DNA of 62,213 bases, filler included, from Squatina squatina (Eukaryota), in assembly GCA_031763465.1 (NCBI GenBank). It is 3 parts of 3 records of this genome, joined end to end, with 100 filler letters (N's around TTAATTAATTAA, not from the genome) between each part and the next. Parts side by side here need not be neighbours in the genome. Positions count along the whole stretch, not along the records: positions 29,332 to 46,490 come from JARFOE010000176.1; positions 46,591 to 62,213 come from JARFOE010000001.1; 1 more part is not named here. The stretch is one strand, 5' to 3'. The notes under the pieces are model-generated. The model was not told the origin of the DNA. It ran no database searches and was given only the letters and a program-made list of their open reading frames with translations. A program made the translations under genes and the position numbers. Positions 35,818 through 49,874 of the stretch are shown one piece after another. The stretch's first letter is position 1. The number at the start of each line of letters is the position of its first letter.

Positions 35818-38800
35818 GTAAGCGATTATAAACTACAGTAGTTTTTCTAAATTTATCTTGAAAAGCTTTGAAAAGGAGTACAACTTAATTGTGAGATTTT
35901 TTTCCCCTTGATGTTATATATTAGTTTGTGTCAGTATCCACAATGTAACAACACTTGGTATTAGTTAAACTGTATTTTCTTACTTAGTGGCCTACCGAGC
36001 CACATTCTGTCACAGGTGATCCATCCTATACTGATGGAAAACTACTTGAGCATTNNNNNNNNNNNNNNNNNNNNNNNNNNNNNNNNNNNNNNNNNNNNNN
36101 NNNNNNNNNNNNNNNCCTCGGAACACCGATTTCCATGAGGGCCGGGGCGGGGTGGGCGCCGGCGAGGGAAATGCCAGCTCCCGCCCTGTACACATTTTAA
36201 ACACGGCGCCAGGGAATTTCGGCCCCCAAATATTTTCCCAGATAGAATTTCCTAATTCTATAATTTCTTCATTGGCCTCAGCCTGGGAGAGCTGTAGAAA
36301 GGACTTGGAATTGGGCACTAAATAAGAACCATTCATAAATCCCCTTTAAACAACTGAGGCCAGGGTTCTTGCATTAACCATTTATAATAGCCTAATATTT
36401 ACACAAGGTAATTTGACGTACAGAATTTTTAATTAATGGAAAAATAAATATGCAATAAAACAGTGAAACTGAAAGCTTCAGAAATGACACATGAATAAAC
36501 TAGCTGCCTAGCAACATTACTTCATCTGCGTATTATATTTACTTAGCACTGTAGAATATTCTTAAGTGCACCATAGTAATTGCACTGTTTCATTGAATAG
36601 TGCAGCTTCAATGCCAGCTGCAGATTTCTGTAGCCCTTTATAAAAAAAAAAATGTAAATCTGTGATTAACTGCAAGTGCCGTTTGACTCCTCGGTTGTGC
36701 TGGCACAAAACACTCACTCACACATGCTATATAACTGATTTTTTTTTTCCTTTCTGGAAAAACAGTCCAAATTCCCTGCAAAGTAGCATCATAAGCAAGG
36801 GTCAGTAGAGATAATATTAAAGCCTTTCATTTCAACCAACTACTCCTGCAGCAGGATTTTTTAATAGCATGTTCTGGGGCTTTTTTCCAAGGATTAAGAC
36901 TAATAAAAATTAGTAAAACCTTTAGAGGCTGGTTTATCACTTATAAAAAAAAAAAATTCTAAAAGCGCTGTTTGGGGCATTTTAATGAGGAAGTGCTCAG
37001 CATTGTTTTTTTCAATCTTCCTTGATGACCTTCTGAATGATTGGGCTGCATTCCCATGTGAATAGCTGTTCAAAACATTGTTTTACTGTAGCTCTGCTTA
37101 TCTTTATTTGCCAGGTTTCTCTAATGGGTGATGTGATGCCGATTATTGTGATAAAGAAATACCCGTGTCCTGATTGGTTGACTGACAATAATAAATCCAT
37201 GATAAAGTCACACTTCAGTGTAATAAAAAAATCTAAATTGCACAACTGTGCCAAAAATTGCAATATGTAAAAGTACATACAGTGATGACTCTTAAACAAT
37301 GACTGTTAACCCTCTATTGCAGGGCATTTTTCAATTGTATTTGAGCAGTCCCTAATCATAGAAGTAAATCATGACATTCTGGGGGTTTAGAAGATGAAAG
37401 GTGTCAAATTGCAGTAAAATCATCTGTACACTGTCAAAAAAAAATACATTAATGAGCTGCTAAAGCTGAAATTACAGAGACTTCTGAAATTGGTTAAACA
37501 TCACACCCATTAAACTGTTTACTGAAGCATCACAGATATACTGCAGATAATGAGCATCTCTGCTATTTAAACAAGTGCAAACTGAACACACATTACATGG
37601 ATGCATAATTAGTTATGGCATTTTACATTGATAAGAATTTTAGCCTTTTGTCTACTTCAATTTTCTCGCAATACCACACACAGGTAATAGATATTTCAAA
37701 ATGACTTGCATCACTCGTAGAGTTGAATCCTAAGTTTTTCTTTCATTTGTGTTCTGTTCTTTTCCCCCACTGTTACTTAATGTCTGCTGCTGTGAATCCC
37801 CAACAATTCAGGTTATGATCAAATAAGCAAGCTACAGATTCCATGAGAGATATATTACCAACGCAGCTCCTGCATCAGTTAGTGGGAAGCGAAGTGCCAT
37901 TGGGACTGTTGCTCCTTAAGCATTGCATGTGGTGCACATAAATGATAATACAGTGCTAGCTCATTTGAATATTTAAATTCTGCTCTTGGCACATTGCTCA
38001 TTACTTTGGGGTGAGAATTCCTACGCCAGCAGCATGTAAACAATTTAGATCATTGTGGGGGGGAAAGAAATTGGCTGAGCAAAATCAACCTATTGGGGCT
38101 CAAGGGACTCTGGTGGAAGGTAGGGCTAACTAAAAAATAAAATGTAAGAACTTGTTCACGGCCCTTCCGGAAATGGCCATTGAGCAACTAGTGGCCTTTT
38201 CTGACACACCAGCCGTATTATCGGGAATAGGCATAATTTGCATAGCAAATTTAATGATCTTGCGTTGATTGAAATTTGCAACAGTGTAACATTCACCCTT
38301 TTGGAAAGCGCACTGGGTCTGATTTTACACAGGTGTGCAGCCAATGGGAATCACGAGCCTCCAGGAGCACATAGCGGGACATTGTGGGTGTGCTCTCCAT
38401 GATTTTCCATTCACTGGTGGACAATTGTGGACAGAATTCCTGTAATTTTCTGATTTGCGCTCCAGGTGGGCGAGACTCCCCGTTGGAAGTGCATATTTGT
38501 AATATCAGCTCTGTTATGTTCTGCATGCTGCAGAAACTGTACTGAGGATGTATTGATTGAAAGATATGTTTGCTATTTTAATGGGGCTTATTGTTGACCT
38601 TTGGTCCCTAAACAGTTATTTTAAGAATGGCAATTTTTTTTGTCATGTTCTCTGTCACCTTTTAATGGCTGCCGAGAAAAACGGAGAGATTTATCAAAGT
38701 AAATGCAATTCTGGCTCCGTGACAATGCTGCATGATTAACAAATAATGCAAGGTGGCAGTATGGAAGGGATTTTGTCAGAACTACTGTCCATTTTAAATG

Positions 38801-40319
38801 AATTGATTATGAATGTTGGGCTGTCAGTTTTACTTTTTCATATCTGAGTAATTAATTTATTATTGATCCTATTTATCACTGTAAATNNNNNNNNNNNNNN
38901 NNNNNNNNNNNNNNNNNNNNNNNNNNNNNNNNNNNNNNNNNNNNNNNNNNNNNNNNNNNNNNNNNNNNNNNNNNNNNNNNNNNNNNGGGGCGATTAGGGA
39001 TGGGCAATAAATTCCAGCCTTGCCAGTGGTGCCCACATCCTGTGAACGAATTAAAAACAATCATGCTGATGCATGCTGGGATGATCTCTACACGGCATAT
39101 GCTCTAACTGCAGAATTATAAGAACTTGCATTATAATATTAATAACTCTTGATATTTCCAGCAACTCTTGTATATATGATTTCATTTAAGATCCATTCAT
39201 TAAGACAGTGGATTTGTTGGAGTGCCTGATCTTATAAAGGGCAACATTTGTCCACATTTTTTAAGCTGTATAAAGAACATGTATGCACTTGGGTCTTACA
39301 AAATATAAATATGCACTGCATCAAATAGTGTCGACTCTGTCAATGCAGATGCTTAATTCAGTTCATTGCAGCATGAAGTATTTTTAAAATAATTGAATGT
39401 TGGATTATGATATGAAGCTGCATTCGAAAAAACTCACATACTAATTACAAATAAATGCATCGTCATTTTTGACGTGTGTTTTCCAATTTGAGACATTTGA
39501 ACAAAATAATGATGGAAAAAATAAAACATGTCCTTAGGGACTATAGTCAAAGCAATTAGCCAAGGAATTGATTATTAAGAATACTTACAATTTGCTTTTT
39601 GACATTTTTATTCCTGTGATAGAGCAACATCTGAATTCCAATGCTAAGCTCCTTTGTTTCCAGTGCAGCAGGGCAAAGCAAAGGAATGATTGTCACGCAG
39701 ATGGGTTTGCAAGGCTATTTGTGACACGTGTTACAGGTTGGCCTTGTGACATTTGAGCCCCTGTAAAAACATTTTAAATCTGAAATGTTCAAGCTAACGT
39801 GGAGCTTACAAATTAAAAGCCAGAGGCAGGATCTGACAAGTTCAACTTGTAGCAAATCCCTTAAGATAGGATGAAAAACATGTAGTTCAGTGTGAAGAAC
39901 CCTCTTGTGATCTCCTTGGATATTGTGGTGCTGGTTTGAGAGAGAAGCATCAGAAAAGCAATTCTTTTTATATTTCATAGTTTTAGTTACATTAATATCC
40001 ATAGAAAAACAAGATCTATATTGATTCCCAAATCAAATGTGCATCTACATATCATTTCTCATGATCTGTGTCTCATTGCGAGAATTGCTTCACTTTCTCT
40101 TACCCAGGCTTTGTACCTGATCTCACTTGCCTAAAGTTTAATATTTCCCACATTACAACAGTGACTACACTCCAAAAGTACTTAATTGGCTGGTACAACT
40201 GAGGGGCTTGCTCGGCCATNNNNNNNNNNNNNNNNNNNNNNNNNNNNNNNNNNNNNNNNNNNNNNNNNNNNNNNNNNNNNNNNNNNNNNNNNNNNNNNNN
40301 NNNNNNNNNNNNNNNNNNN

Positions 40320-40580
40320 TGAGATGAGGAGAAATTTCTTCATGCAGAGAGTAGTGAACCTGTGGAATTCTCTACCACAGAAGGCAGTTGAGGCCAGATC
40401 ATTAAATATATTCAAGAAGGAGCTGGATATAGTTCTTATGGCTAAAGAAATCAAGGGATGTGGGGATAAAGCAGGAACAAGGTACTGAATTTGGATGATC
40501 AGCCATGATCATATTGAATGGCAGTGCAGGCTCAAAGGGTCGAATGGCCTACTTCTGCTCCTATTTTCTATGTTTCTATG
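40320..40580 (+). mobile_element. CR1-clade LINE 3' end
   Basis: EMRRNFFMQRVVNLWNSLPQKAVEA plus a TTTCTATG tail. Confidence 0.9.
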
Positions 40581-42493
40581 AATCATTCTTGTGTGTGAAC
40601 CAACAGAAAATAAATAATTCCCTGAAGCAACAGTTGATTTACGTTCACTTGTACACAGACTGCGCAGCTCAGAATTTCACACCTCAGTGCTAGTTTATCA
40701 AACAGTCACAGACATTAGCTGAAACAGTACCCAACATTGACACATATTATATCATATTCCAGGTCATTCCCCACATTATGACTAAGCTATTAATGTATTT
40801 TAATATTTTTGGAACCAATTCTATATCTAATCTTAGTTGATTTGAGATTTTGGGGTCTAACTTTGTATGTTTCTTTAATAGGTGGCTAATGGAAAATGGA
40901 AGAGGATATGAATCAATGGAGAATATCTAAACCATTTTTGAGTAAATTGAATAATAAATATTTAGATCGGATAACTGCTTCGTGATAACTGAATTTAAAT
41001 TCTCTATAATTCTTTGAGCAGAGATGGAAAGAGCAATAGCTTGCACTTACATAAACAGTATTGAGTATTTAATTTACATTAAATAAATTGACCTTTAATA
41101 GTTTGAGTATCTGAAGACAAAATATAACATTTGTATCATCATGTCTGGTCTTGCTATTGTGAATTGTCGCATTAATTGTTCATTAACTAACAATGGGAGC
41201 ACAAGTAGGTAGAAAGCTGCACTTCGAAATTCATACATGCTGCCATTATGTTTAGCGATAGATCTAAGAATTAGTGTGAGGCACCTTCAGAGGAACATTG
41301 GAATATACAGGACTGGAAAAGTCCATCTGACTAGACCCAGAGTTCAAAAACAGAATACAGAGTTCACTATCTATATTCCAGAATTGATTTTCTTTCCAAA
41401 TGCCTNNNNNNNNNNNNNNNNNNNNNNNNNNNNNNNNNNNNNNNNNNNNNNNNNNNNNNNNNNNNNNNNNNNNNNNNNNNNNNNNNNNNNNNNNNNNNNN
41501 NNNNNNNNNNNNNNNNNNNNNNNNNNNNNNNNNNNNNNNNNNNNNNNNNNNNNNNNNNNNNNNNNNNNNNNNNNNNNNNNNNNNNNNNNNNNNNNNNNNN
41601 NNNNNNNNNNNNNNNNNNNNNNNNNNNNNNNNNNNNNNNNNNNNNNNNNNNNNNNNNNNNNNNNNNNNNNNNNNNNNNNNNNNNNNNNNNNNNNNNNNNN
41701 NNNNNNNNNNNNNNNNNNNNNNNNNNNNNNNNNNNNNNNNNNNNNNNNNNNNNNNNNNNNNNNNNNNNNNNNNNNNNNNNNNNNNNNNNNNNNNNNNNNN
41801 NNNNNNNNNNNNNNNNNNNNNNNNNNNNNNNNNNNNNNNNNNNNNNNNNNNNNNNNNNNNNNNNNNNNNNNNNNNNNNNNNNNNNNNNNNNNNNNNNNNN
41901 NNNNNNNNNNNNNNNNNNNNNNNNNNNNNNNNNNNNNNNNNNNNNNNNNNNNNNNNNNNNNNNNNNNNNNNNNNNNNNNNNNNNNNNNNNNNNNNNNNNN
42001 NNNNNNNNNNNNNNNNNNNNNNNNNNNNNNNNNNNNNNNNNNNNNNNNNNNNNNNNNNNNNNNNNNNNNNNNNNNNNNNNNNNNNNNNNNNNNNNNNNNN
42101 NNNNNNNNNNNNNNNNNNNNNNNNNNNNNNNNNNNNNNNNNNNNNNNNNNNNNNNNNNNNNNNNNNNNNNNNNNNNNNNNNNNNNNNNNNNNNNNNNNNN
42201 NNNNNNNNNNNNNNNNNNNNNNNNNNNNNNNNNNNNNNNNNNNNNNNNNTGTTTTTCAGAGAATACGTTTGTGGAAGAACCCAAATTTCACCAAACCAAA
42301 ATACTTAACTGAATTAACTGGACACACTGTATTACAGAAACACAATTTGCTGAAATGGAGTTTCAAGCCCTTTGGTAGATTACACAAAGCCTGGGCCTTG
42401 TGCTACAAGCATCTTCAGTATTCACCTCTTCTTCATTACACCATCTCTGTCATTTTATTTTTGATTCTTTCAAATGTGTAGTANNNNNNNNNN

Positions 42494-42690
42494 ATCAGAC
42501 AAAATGTAACACTGAGCCACAAAAAGAGATATTAGACAGGTGCTTGGCCAAAGAGGTAGATTTTAAGGAGCGACTTAAAGGAGGAGAGGTAGAGAGGTTT
42601 AGGAAGGGAATTCCATAGCTAAGGGCCTAGACAGCTGAAGGCACGGCCACCAAAGGTAGAGCGAAAGAAATCGGGGACAGGCAGGAAGGA
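42494..42690 (-). mobile_element. L2-clade LINE 3' fragment
   Basis: Colinear with 48940-49150 and reverse-complementary to about 25370-25530. Confidence 0.75.
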
Positions 42691-43649
42691 GAAAGCCTTG
42701 GAAAAATTATTCTGGCCTACCAACAACCAAGTGATTGATTTCCCACAGTTTTATTACATGCTTCAGCAATACACTCCAGCAAGTGATGGTTTATTGAAAC
42801 TTATACATACAAAGGACAACATTCTTGACGGCAGCACTGCCTTGCCATTAGGGGGGAGTTCCATAGAAAGAAGCAGTGTTTGATGCTTCACCAGTGGTAT
42901 AGTGTGTGGACTGTTTGGATTGACATAGAATGCTGAATCCAGCTATAACAACTTTTGATTTTGGCTCACTATTGTTATCTTAGTATTAATATTGTGCATT
43001 TAATGTAGTGAATGTCCTAAGGCACTTAATTGTGTACATATCTTTTCTGAGCTGTCCTGAAAGAGTTGNNNNNNNNNNTAAGATAAGAGATCTTAAGGTG
43101 ACTTTTGAAGATGTGAGTCTTGCAAAATAATGAGGATTTTGTACCTTTGCGAATATGATCCTTGGCTAGGTCACATGTAGACTTGATCCTTGGCTGAGTC
43201 AATTTTGCATTCTTTACTGTCACCAGCATAGGAGGTTGTGTTTATTCATTTTCTTTAACAGATATTTTATAACTTTCTGTATTAAAAATCTTACCATCTA
43301 CATACATGCTTCTTGTTACTTTAACAGATGGAAAGACTGGAGCCATTTCAATAAAAGGGGACCAGATGTTTCAATGGGTTCTCTTGAATGAAATGAGCTC
43401 GCCGTGGAAATTGTTATCCTTAATGGGACAATAAATGAACCATTTAGAGAGGCCAAGAACTTCACGTAAAACTTTAATGAAGGGATTAAAAGACACGGAA
43501 GCCAATTCAATGGATAAATTTGATTATGTTATTGTAAGATATGTTACCTNNNNNNNNNNNNNNNNNNNNNNNNNNNNNNNNNNNNNNNNNNNNNNNNNNN
43601 NNNNNNNNNNNNNNNNNNNNNNNNNNNNNNNNNNNNNNNNNNNNNNNNN

Positions 43650-44270
43650 TGCTTGAATAATAAATTTGGCAAATACAATTTCCTTTTCATACAACTATGC
43701 TGACTCTGCATAATCATGTTATGATTTTCTAAATGCCTGGTTACCATTTTCTTAATAATGGATCCCAGCATTTTCCCAACAATTGATGTTAGGCTAACTG
43801 ACCTGTAGTTCCCTGTTTCCTCTCTCCCAACTTTCTTGAAAAGCGGGGTTATATTTTCTATCTTCCAATCAGCTGGGCACGTTCTAGAATCTAGGGAATT
43901 TTGGAAGATCACAACCAATGCACCACTATCTCTGCAGCCAACTCTTTTAGAAACCTAGGATGTAAGCCATCAGGTTCAGGAGATTTGTCAGCTTTTAGTC
44001 CCATTAGATTCTCAAATACTTTTTCTCTACTGACCTTAATTACTTCAAATTTCTCACTCTCATTAGTCCCTTGGTTCCCCACTATTTTTGGTATGTTTTT
44101 GTGTCTTCCACTGTGAAGACAAATACAAAACATTTGTTTAGAGTCTCTGACATTTCCTTATTACCCATTATAATTTCTCCTGACTCAGCCTCTAAGGAAG
44201 CAATGCTTACTTTTGCTTTTTACATACTTGTAGAAGCGCTTACAATCTGTTTTTATATGTCTTGCTAGGT
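43650..44270 (-). mobile_element. CR1-clade LINE ORF2 fragment
   Basis: GLKADKSPEPDGLHPRFLKE and DWKIENITPLFKK...NYRSVSLTSIVGKML. Confidence 0.9.
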
Positions 44271-46534
44271 NNNNNNNNNNNNNNNNNNNNNNNNNNNNNN
44301 NNNNNNNNNNNNNNNNNNNNNNNNNNNNNNNNNNNNNNNNNNNNNNNNNNNNNNNNNNNNNNNNNNNNNNGGTGGATCTGTCAATGCAATGCTTGACAGA
44401 TTGGAAGTTCCGGATTTAGGGGCATGCACAGTCTATGCATAAACTCGGAACATGCGGGCCCTGCCCGGAGACACCGGAATTTTTGGCCCCGTAAAAATAT
44501 TGCAGCTGTGTATTTGCTGGCTACAAAGCCCTTACTTCTTGTCACAGTTTTGCCAACTTTTCCTATTCTAAATTCCTACATCCACATTTATCATGGAAAT
44601 TGCCTATGCAAATCACCAGGCTATAATTACTGAGCCCTGTCACTGGTTACCCTGTAACACCTCAGTTTTGTCTCTCCCAGCCACCCAACCGATACTGCAA
44701 AGAAACTCCTATGTTCCAAAGAATCCTACTTCTGTGCTTCTCAAATTGCTGTAAGTTTTGTAATAACATAAAATCAAAGCACCACATCAAAATAAGTACA
44801 GAATTACTTTAAAATGGGGACTAAATTGTATCTGCATGCACTGGTCCAATTATGACTCACCTTCTAACCCCACTTCACTGGAAGACTATGCTGCACAGTA
44901 GATTGACTAGTAATATACTAAACAGTTTGCATCTACGTGCACTTAAATAAAAGGTCCCACCGGGTCCCTCGGGGTGTGTACGATGTTCGTACGCACCCGT
45001 AAGGACCCCGCAAGTTCCGGATCGAGGGCTGCACTGTGCATGCCCATAGGTTTGAAACTTGCAATCTGTCAAGATTTTTCTTGATATATATCATCTGCCT
45101 GGACAGGAAAAGAGCTTTCCTGGGCAGAGAGTTGCACTATTTGCTCTTTAATTTTTTACGCATAGTAAGAGCAAGCGTACAGGCTTGCTTTTACCAGCAT
45201 AAGAGTTTTTAAAAATTTAAAAATAAAATAAATTAGTGCTACATTGTTTAAAATCTATGTCCATTAAGGTAAGAATATTTTTTATACATTTTAAAAGGTT
45301 TTACAAAAATTTGCAAAAAATGTTTTTGGTATTATTTATCCAATTATATATGATTTTATTAAATTTTAATGTTTCAGTAGTTTTTAAACTGTATCTTTAA
45401 GTGATTGTGCAGTTGTATTATCTCCCAGTCATGCTTCGACAAATCTTTGTATATGGCAGAGATCTGTAAAAGCATGAATGGGAGATACTCCTGCCTGATT
45501 GGTTGGGGCCTCCCACGAGATCTCACCAATCCACATTCACTGGAAGGAATTGTGGCCACTCTACCTGCCTACCTGTGGAGGCGCAGGAACGCAAGTTTTC
45601 GCAGCTCCCGGACCATCAAGTAATTTCGTACGGATCTTTCCGGTCGGAGTCCTGCGTCCGCGGGAAGGCTCCGACTGCAATTTCAGCTGCAGTACTTCCA
45701 GACACACCAAAGTAGCCGAATAAGACTGTATAGGGTTGAGGATCAGATAGGCAAATTTAGGACTGATATCAGGAAGTACAGAGGGCGATCAACTGCAGAA
45801 GTGGGTTACCAGGAAGAGTGGTTGAGGCCAGAACACTTTAGGAATTAATCAGGTGCTGTAATATAAAGATAGTAGGGTTGGTTTAATGGACTGATGAGAT
45901 CAAATGGGCTGAAGGCCTTCTTCATTCTAACCTATCTTGCGAAGTAAGTTGGGTAGTGTCCACATTCAAGCAAATTATGCCCAGTTTGTGCTGTTTCTCT
46001 TGCCATATTCCGAGGAGATGGCAACTGTTACCGTACAGTTAATTGAGAACTTAACTGAAAGTATGTTAAACTCCAATTTCACAATGTTATGTGATTCAGA
46101 CACTCGGTGTAGATGGTAAACGTATGATCACATGCGACCAAAGAAGTTGGTTGAAATTATTTTCGGTACTCCAATTTTCAAGACAAGCATTATCACTCTG
46201 CCATTAACTTGGGCAAATTGAGAGCATCGCAACTTTTGTGAACTATAACGCTTTGGCATTTTTAATTTTGAGTGTTTTTATATGACAAAGGTTGTTTCTT
46301 CATCTATGTACTATAATATGAATTAGTAACATTTCAGAATGCTGTTTTGATGAAGTGTGATTCGCCTTGCTCGCATCCGAAGACAAAATGAAATGCTTAC
46401 CAAGGGACTTAAATGAGAATTAAAGCTCTGCCTGAACATCTGCTTGAAATTTTATTATCCTATCCTACAGACGCGGTTGCTCCCTTGTCGNNNNNNNNNN
46501 NNNNNNNNNNNNNNNNNNNNNNNNNNNNNNNNNN

Positions 46535-46546
46535 TTAATTAATTAA
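46535..46546. other. Artificial scaffold linker TTAATTAATTAA
   Basis: Same 44N+12+44N construct as at 29276. Confidence 0.9.
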
Positions 46547-48299
46547 NNNNNNNNNNNNNNNNNNNNNNNNNNNNNNNNNNNNNNNNNNNNTTTTGTGGCA
46601 GTCCAAAGAGAGCTATACACTACACAAACCACACAATGCAACCCAGGAGCTTTTGATGCACACACTGGGATACAAAGTAGAAAACGTTCACCACCCCCAG
46701 CACCTCTTCAGCCTGAAAAGCACAAAATGTTTGTCAAAATATGAACTGAAGTGCTTTTAAAAATAAACATAAACCCCAACTTCTAAGTGAACAACTCTAG
46801 AGCTCCAAGGATTCACCACTTCTATTTAAGATCCATCCAGATGCACTCTCATTTCTGAGCACTGTTATAAAGGAACACATAAGATGCCATCCTTCTGTTT
46901 ATCCCTGTCCGTATCAGAATGCTTGACAGGGAACTAATTTCCTAAGTCCCCCCTCAGCTAACATGAATCACCAAATATGGAGAGAGGATCAAATTTGGAG
47001 TATAATCAAATACATTCATGTGAAAAAAATGCACCATTGGCCTCCATTTTCACCAACCCCGTAAATACTCAAACTCTACACTCAACGATGGATTCAGCCC
47101 ATAGCAACTCCATCAGTGAAGTGACTTTGAGCCGTTCTAACCAGGCTGTAATACCAGAGCTGAATATGAAATAGGGCCCATCAGAAGCTCTGTACAAACC
47201 TGCTCTAGTCCTCCTGTGATATATAACACACAGCATGTGAATTTAATTCTACTGTTGCCTTATTTGATGTATTCAGCATCTAAATTTTCTCTGAACAGAT
47301 GCATGCATAACATGTTGAAATGTAAATGATACTGGTATCTCCACAGCAACAGTGCCAGGCTGGGGTGCTCAACTCGACTGTGCAATGTCTCAAATGCTTA
47401 CTCACTCCAGTTATGCGACAAACACAGGAACTTTATTTAGGGACACTATCAGGATCAGTTGCCAGTCAATGTTGGGGCCACCATTCAATCTGCATGGCCC
47501 CTTCACCTCCCACTGCTTTTGGAAAGGAACAGCTGATAACCGTCCAGCATTATCCCACTCGCTGGTTCTCGTAGGGCAGACCCTCCGAGGTAGGTGCTCC
47601 TGGACCATATAAAGTCAACTTTCAGCTATAATCAGACATTCAGCTCCCTGGAATCAATTGAAAAGTACCTTTAACCTGTCAGTAATGACATAAGCAAACC
47701 AAGTTCCCTGAAAAATGTAAAAGAAATTAACTGCACATATGACTGCCTGGTTTTTAGCTACAGCAGGCTACGCTAAAGCCTTCCAGCTGGCCAGGACTTA
47801 TTTTTAGAAGGGGCGTTTGTCCATGTTTCAGGCAAGAAATGAGAGAAGATCTCACGCTGTGTCCCAAATGGATAAATAAAAGGACCACATAGTGGTTGAG
47901 AATGCTATGACTTACAAGCCCTGCAATTACAAAATCTAAAATTGCTACTTCGCTTTGTGCGCAGCTTTAAATAGCAATTTAAAAACGAGCAAAAAAATTG
48001 TAGGTTTTGCAGGAATCCTTACTCTGGGCAGCAATGCTTTAGAGTTGACTAAACTTGTTTTTGCTTGGAGTGGAATGCGGCAATTCTAAAACAATGCCGT
48101 CAAATCAAAGTGGTTCAAAGCAGACAGGATACTAAGTTTGAGAATTTCTGTGTTGATACACACTGATTCCTCAAGTCAAGGTGGCTTTGCTGTAGGTATA
48201 CACCTCCAGTTAACTGGTATGGATTTTACTGTTAAAGAAACAGCCGTTCATGCAAACACCACAATATTAAATAGGTCCTTAGCATGTATATACAGCTAA

Positions 48300-48620
48300 A
48301 CATAAGAATTAGGAACAGGAGTAGGCCACATGGCCCTTTGAGCCTCCTCTGCCGTTCAATAAGATCATGGCTGTTCTTCAATCTCAACTCTACTCTCTCT
48401 TCCAGTTCCCATATCTCTCGATTCCCCTCGAGTCCAAAAATCTATCAATCTCAGCCTTGAATATACTCAACAACTCAGCAGTCACAGCCCTTTGGAGTAG
48501 AGAATTCCAAAGATTCAAAATCCCCTGAGTGAAGAAATTCTAAAATGGCTGACCCCTAATTCTGAGATTATGACCCCAGTTTCAGACTCCACAGTCAGAG
48601 GAAACATCCTCCCAGCATCT
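48300..48620 (-). mobile_element. CR1-clade LINE 3' end
   Basis: CATAAGAATTAGGAACAGGAGTAGGCC...GTAGAGAATTCCAAAGATTC...GAAGAAATTCC. Confidence 0.85.
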
Positions 48621-48871
48621 ACAGAAACAAAATACTGCGGATGCTGGAATCTAGAACACAAACAAAAAATGCTGGAAAAACTCAGCANNNNNNNNNNNNN
48701 NNNNNNNNNNNNNNNNNNNNNNNNNNNNNNNNNNNNNNNNNNNNNNNNNNNNNNNNNNNNNNNNNNNNNNNNNNNNNNNNNNNNNNNGGAACTCCAATTC
48801 TACTCCATTCCCCGCCAGAATTATGCCCCAACAATTGCAAGATTTGCAAGCTTGTTCATTCCATTATTAAA

Positions 48872-49236
48872 ACAACAACTTGTATTTATATAGCGCCTTT
48901 AACGTAGTGAAACGTCCCAAGGTGCTTCACAGGAGCATTATAAGACAAAAAAAAATTGAGCCACATAAAGAGAAATTAGGTCAGGTGACCAAAAGCGTGG
49001 TGAAAGAGGGAGGTTTTAAGGAGCGTCTTAAAGGAGGAGAGAGAGGTAGAGAGACGGAGAGGTTTAGGCAGGGAATTCCAGAGCTAAGGGCCTAGGCAAC
49101 AGAAGGCACGGCCGCCAATGGTTGAGTGATTACAATCAGGGATGCTCAAGAGGGCAGAATCTGAGGAGCGCAGATGTCTCGGGGGAGGTTGCAGGGCTAG
49201 AGGAAATTACAGAGATAGGGAGGGGTGAGGCCATGG
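48872..49236 (-). mobile_element. L2-clade LINE 3' end
   Basis: ACAACAACTTGTATTTATATAGCGCCTTTAAC is the reverse complement of the 3' end of the 24668-25592 element; the body is colinear. Confidence 0.85.
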
Positions 49237-49262
49237 TGCGATAGTTTTCGTCCTGTACATAC

Positions 49263-49428
49263 CTCTTCTCTGCAAATCGCTTCTCGAGTTTCACATTGTG
49301 TATGAGCTTCATTTCACCAAACTTCCACAGGTTGTTCAAATTGTAACCGCTGTCAAGCTTTGACCCATCTAAGGTTGATTGTATGAAGCTGTACTCACGC
49401 CAATCCGTATGACAGATTTCTAAGTAAG
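49263..49428 (-). CDS. TEX15: TEX15-like exon (N-terminal DUF3715/pseudo-PARP region shared with TASOR)
   Basis: 166 bp, AAG| and |GTATG; YLEICHTDWREYSFIQSTLDGSKLDSGYNLNNLWKFGEMKLIHNVKLEKRFAEKR resembles recalled TEX15 (REYSFI..TL...WQFG..KLVHN..LEK.F..KR). Divergent orientation to WRN matches human 8p12. Confidence 0.78.
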
Positions 49429-49534
49429 CTTTGAAGCAAAACGTGATTGAGGTTAGGGCACGAAAAAGAACAAGAATCACTTGCAATGAGAATTAGAATT
49501 ACAGCAGCAGGTGAAGCGAGCCTGTGAAGTAGTG

Positions 49535-49730
49535 ATCAGCATCCTATCCACCAGCTTAAACATCCACTCCCTTCAACACGAACACGTGGTTGCAGTGTGT
49601 ACCGTCTACAGGATGCAGCGCAGCAAGTCGCCAAGCCTTCTTCGGCAGCACTTCCCAAATCTGCGACCTCCACCAACGAGAAGGACAAGGGCAGCAAGTG
49701 CATGGGAACACCATCACCCCAAGTCACGCA
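49535..49730 (+). mobile_element. Fragment of a second CR1-like LINE family (ORF2 C-terminus)
   Basis: LNIHSLQHEHVVAVCTVYRMQ...LLRQHFPN resembles non-LTR ORF2 C-terminal SLxHRRxVA motifs. Confidence 0.55.
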
Positions 49731-49874
49731 ACCCCCCCAACTTGGACGAATATATCTCCGACGGTGGGTGGGGGGGGGGGGAATGGAATGAGGATTTTTT
49801 CTTCTAACTCCCTGTTATTCGCCGCTACCTGAATGTTTGATTTCTAGAGTTGAAAATCCCCTCAGTTTTTTTTT

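Noticed and set aside
41237-42481. 300-400-aa ORFs
   Set aside because: Almost entirely N gap.
43320-43470. DPYD exon 12 (FNRW motif)
   Set aside because: Only four residues match; the expected GLPEVDPETMQT...AGGD does not follow and the frame stops.
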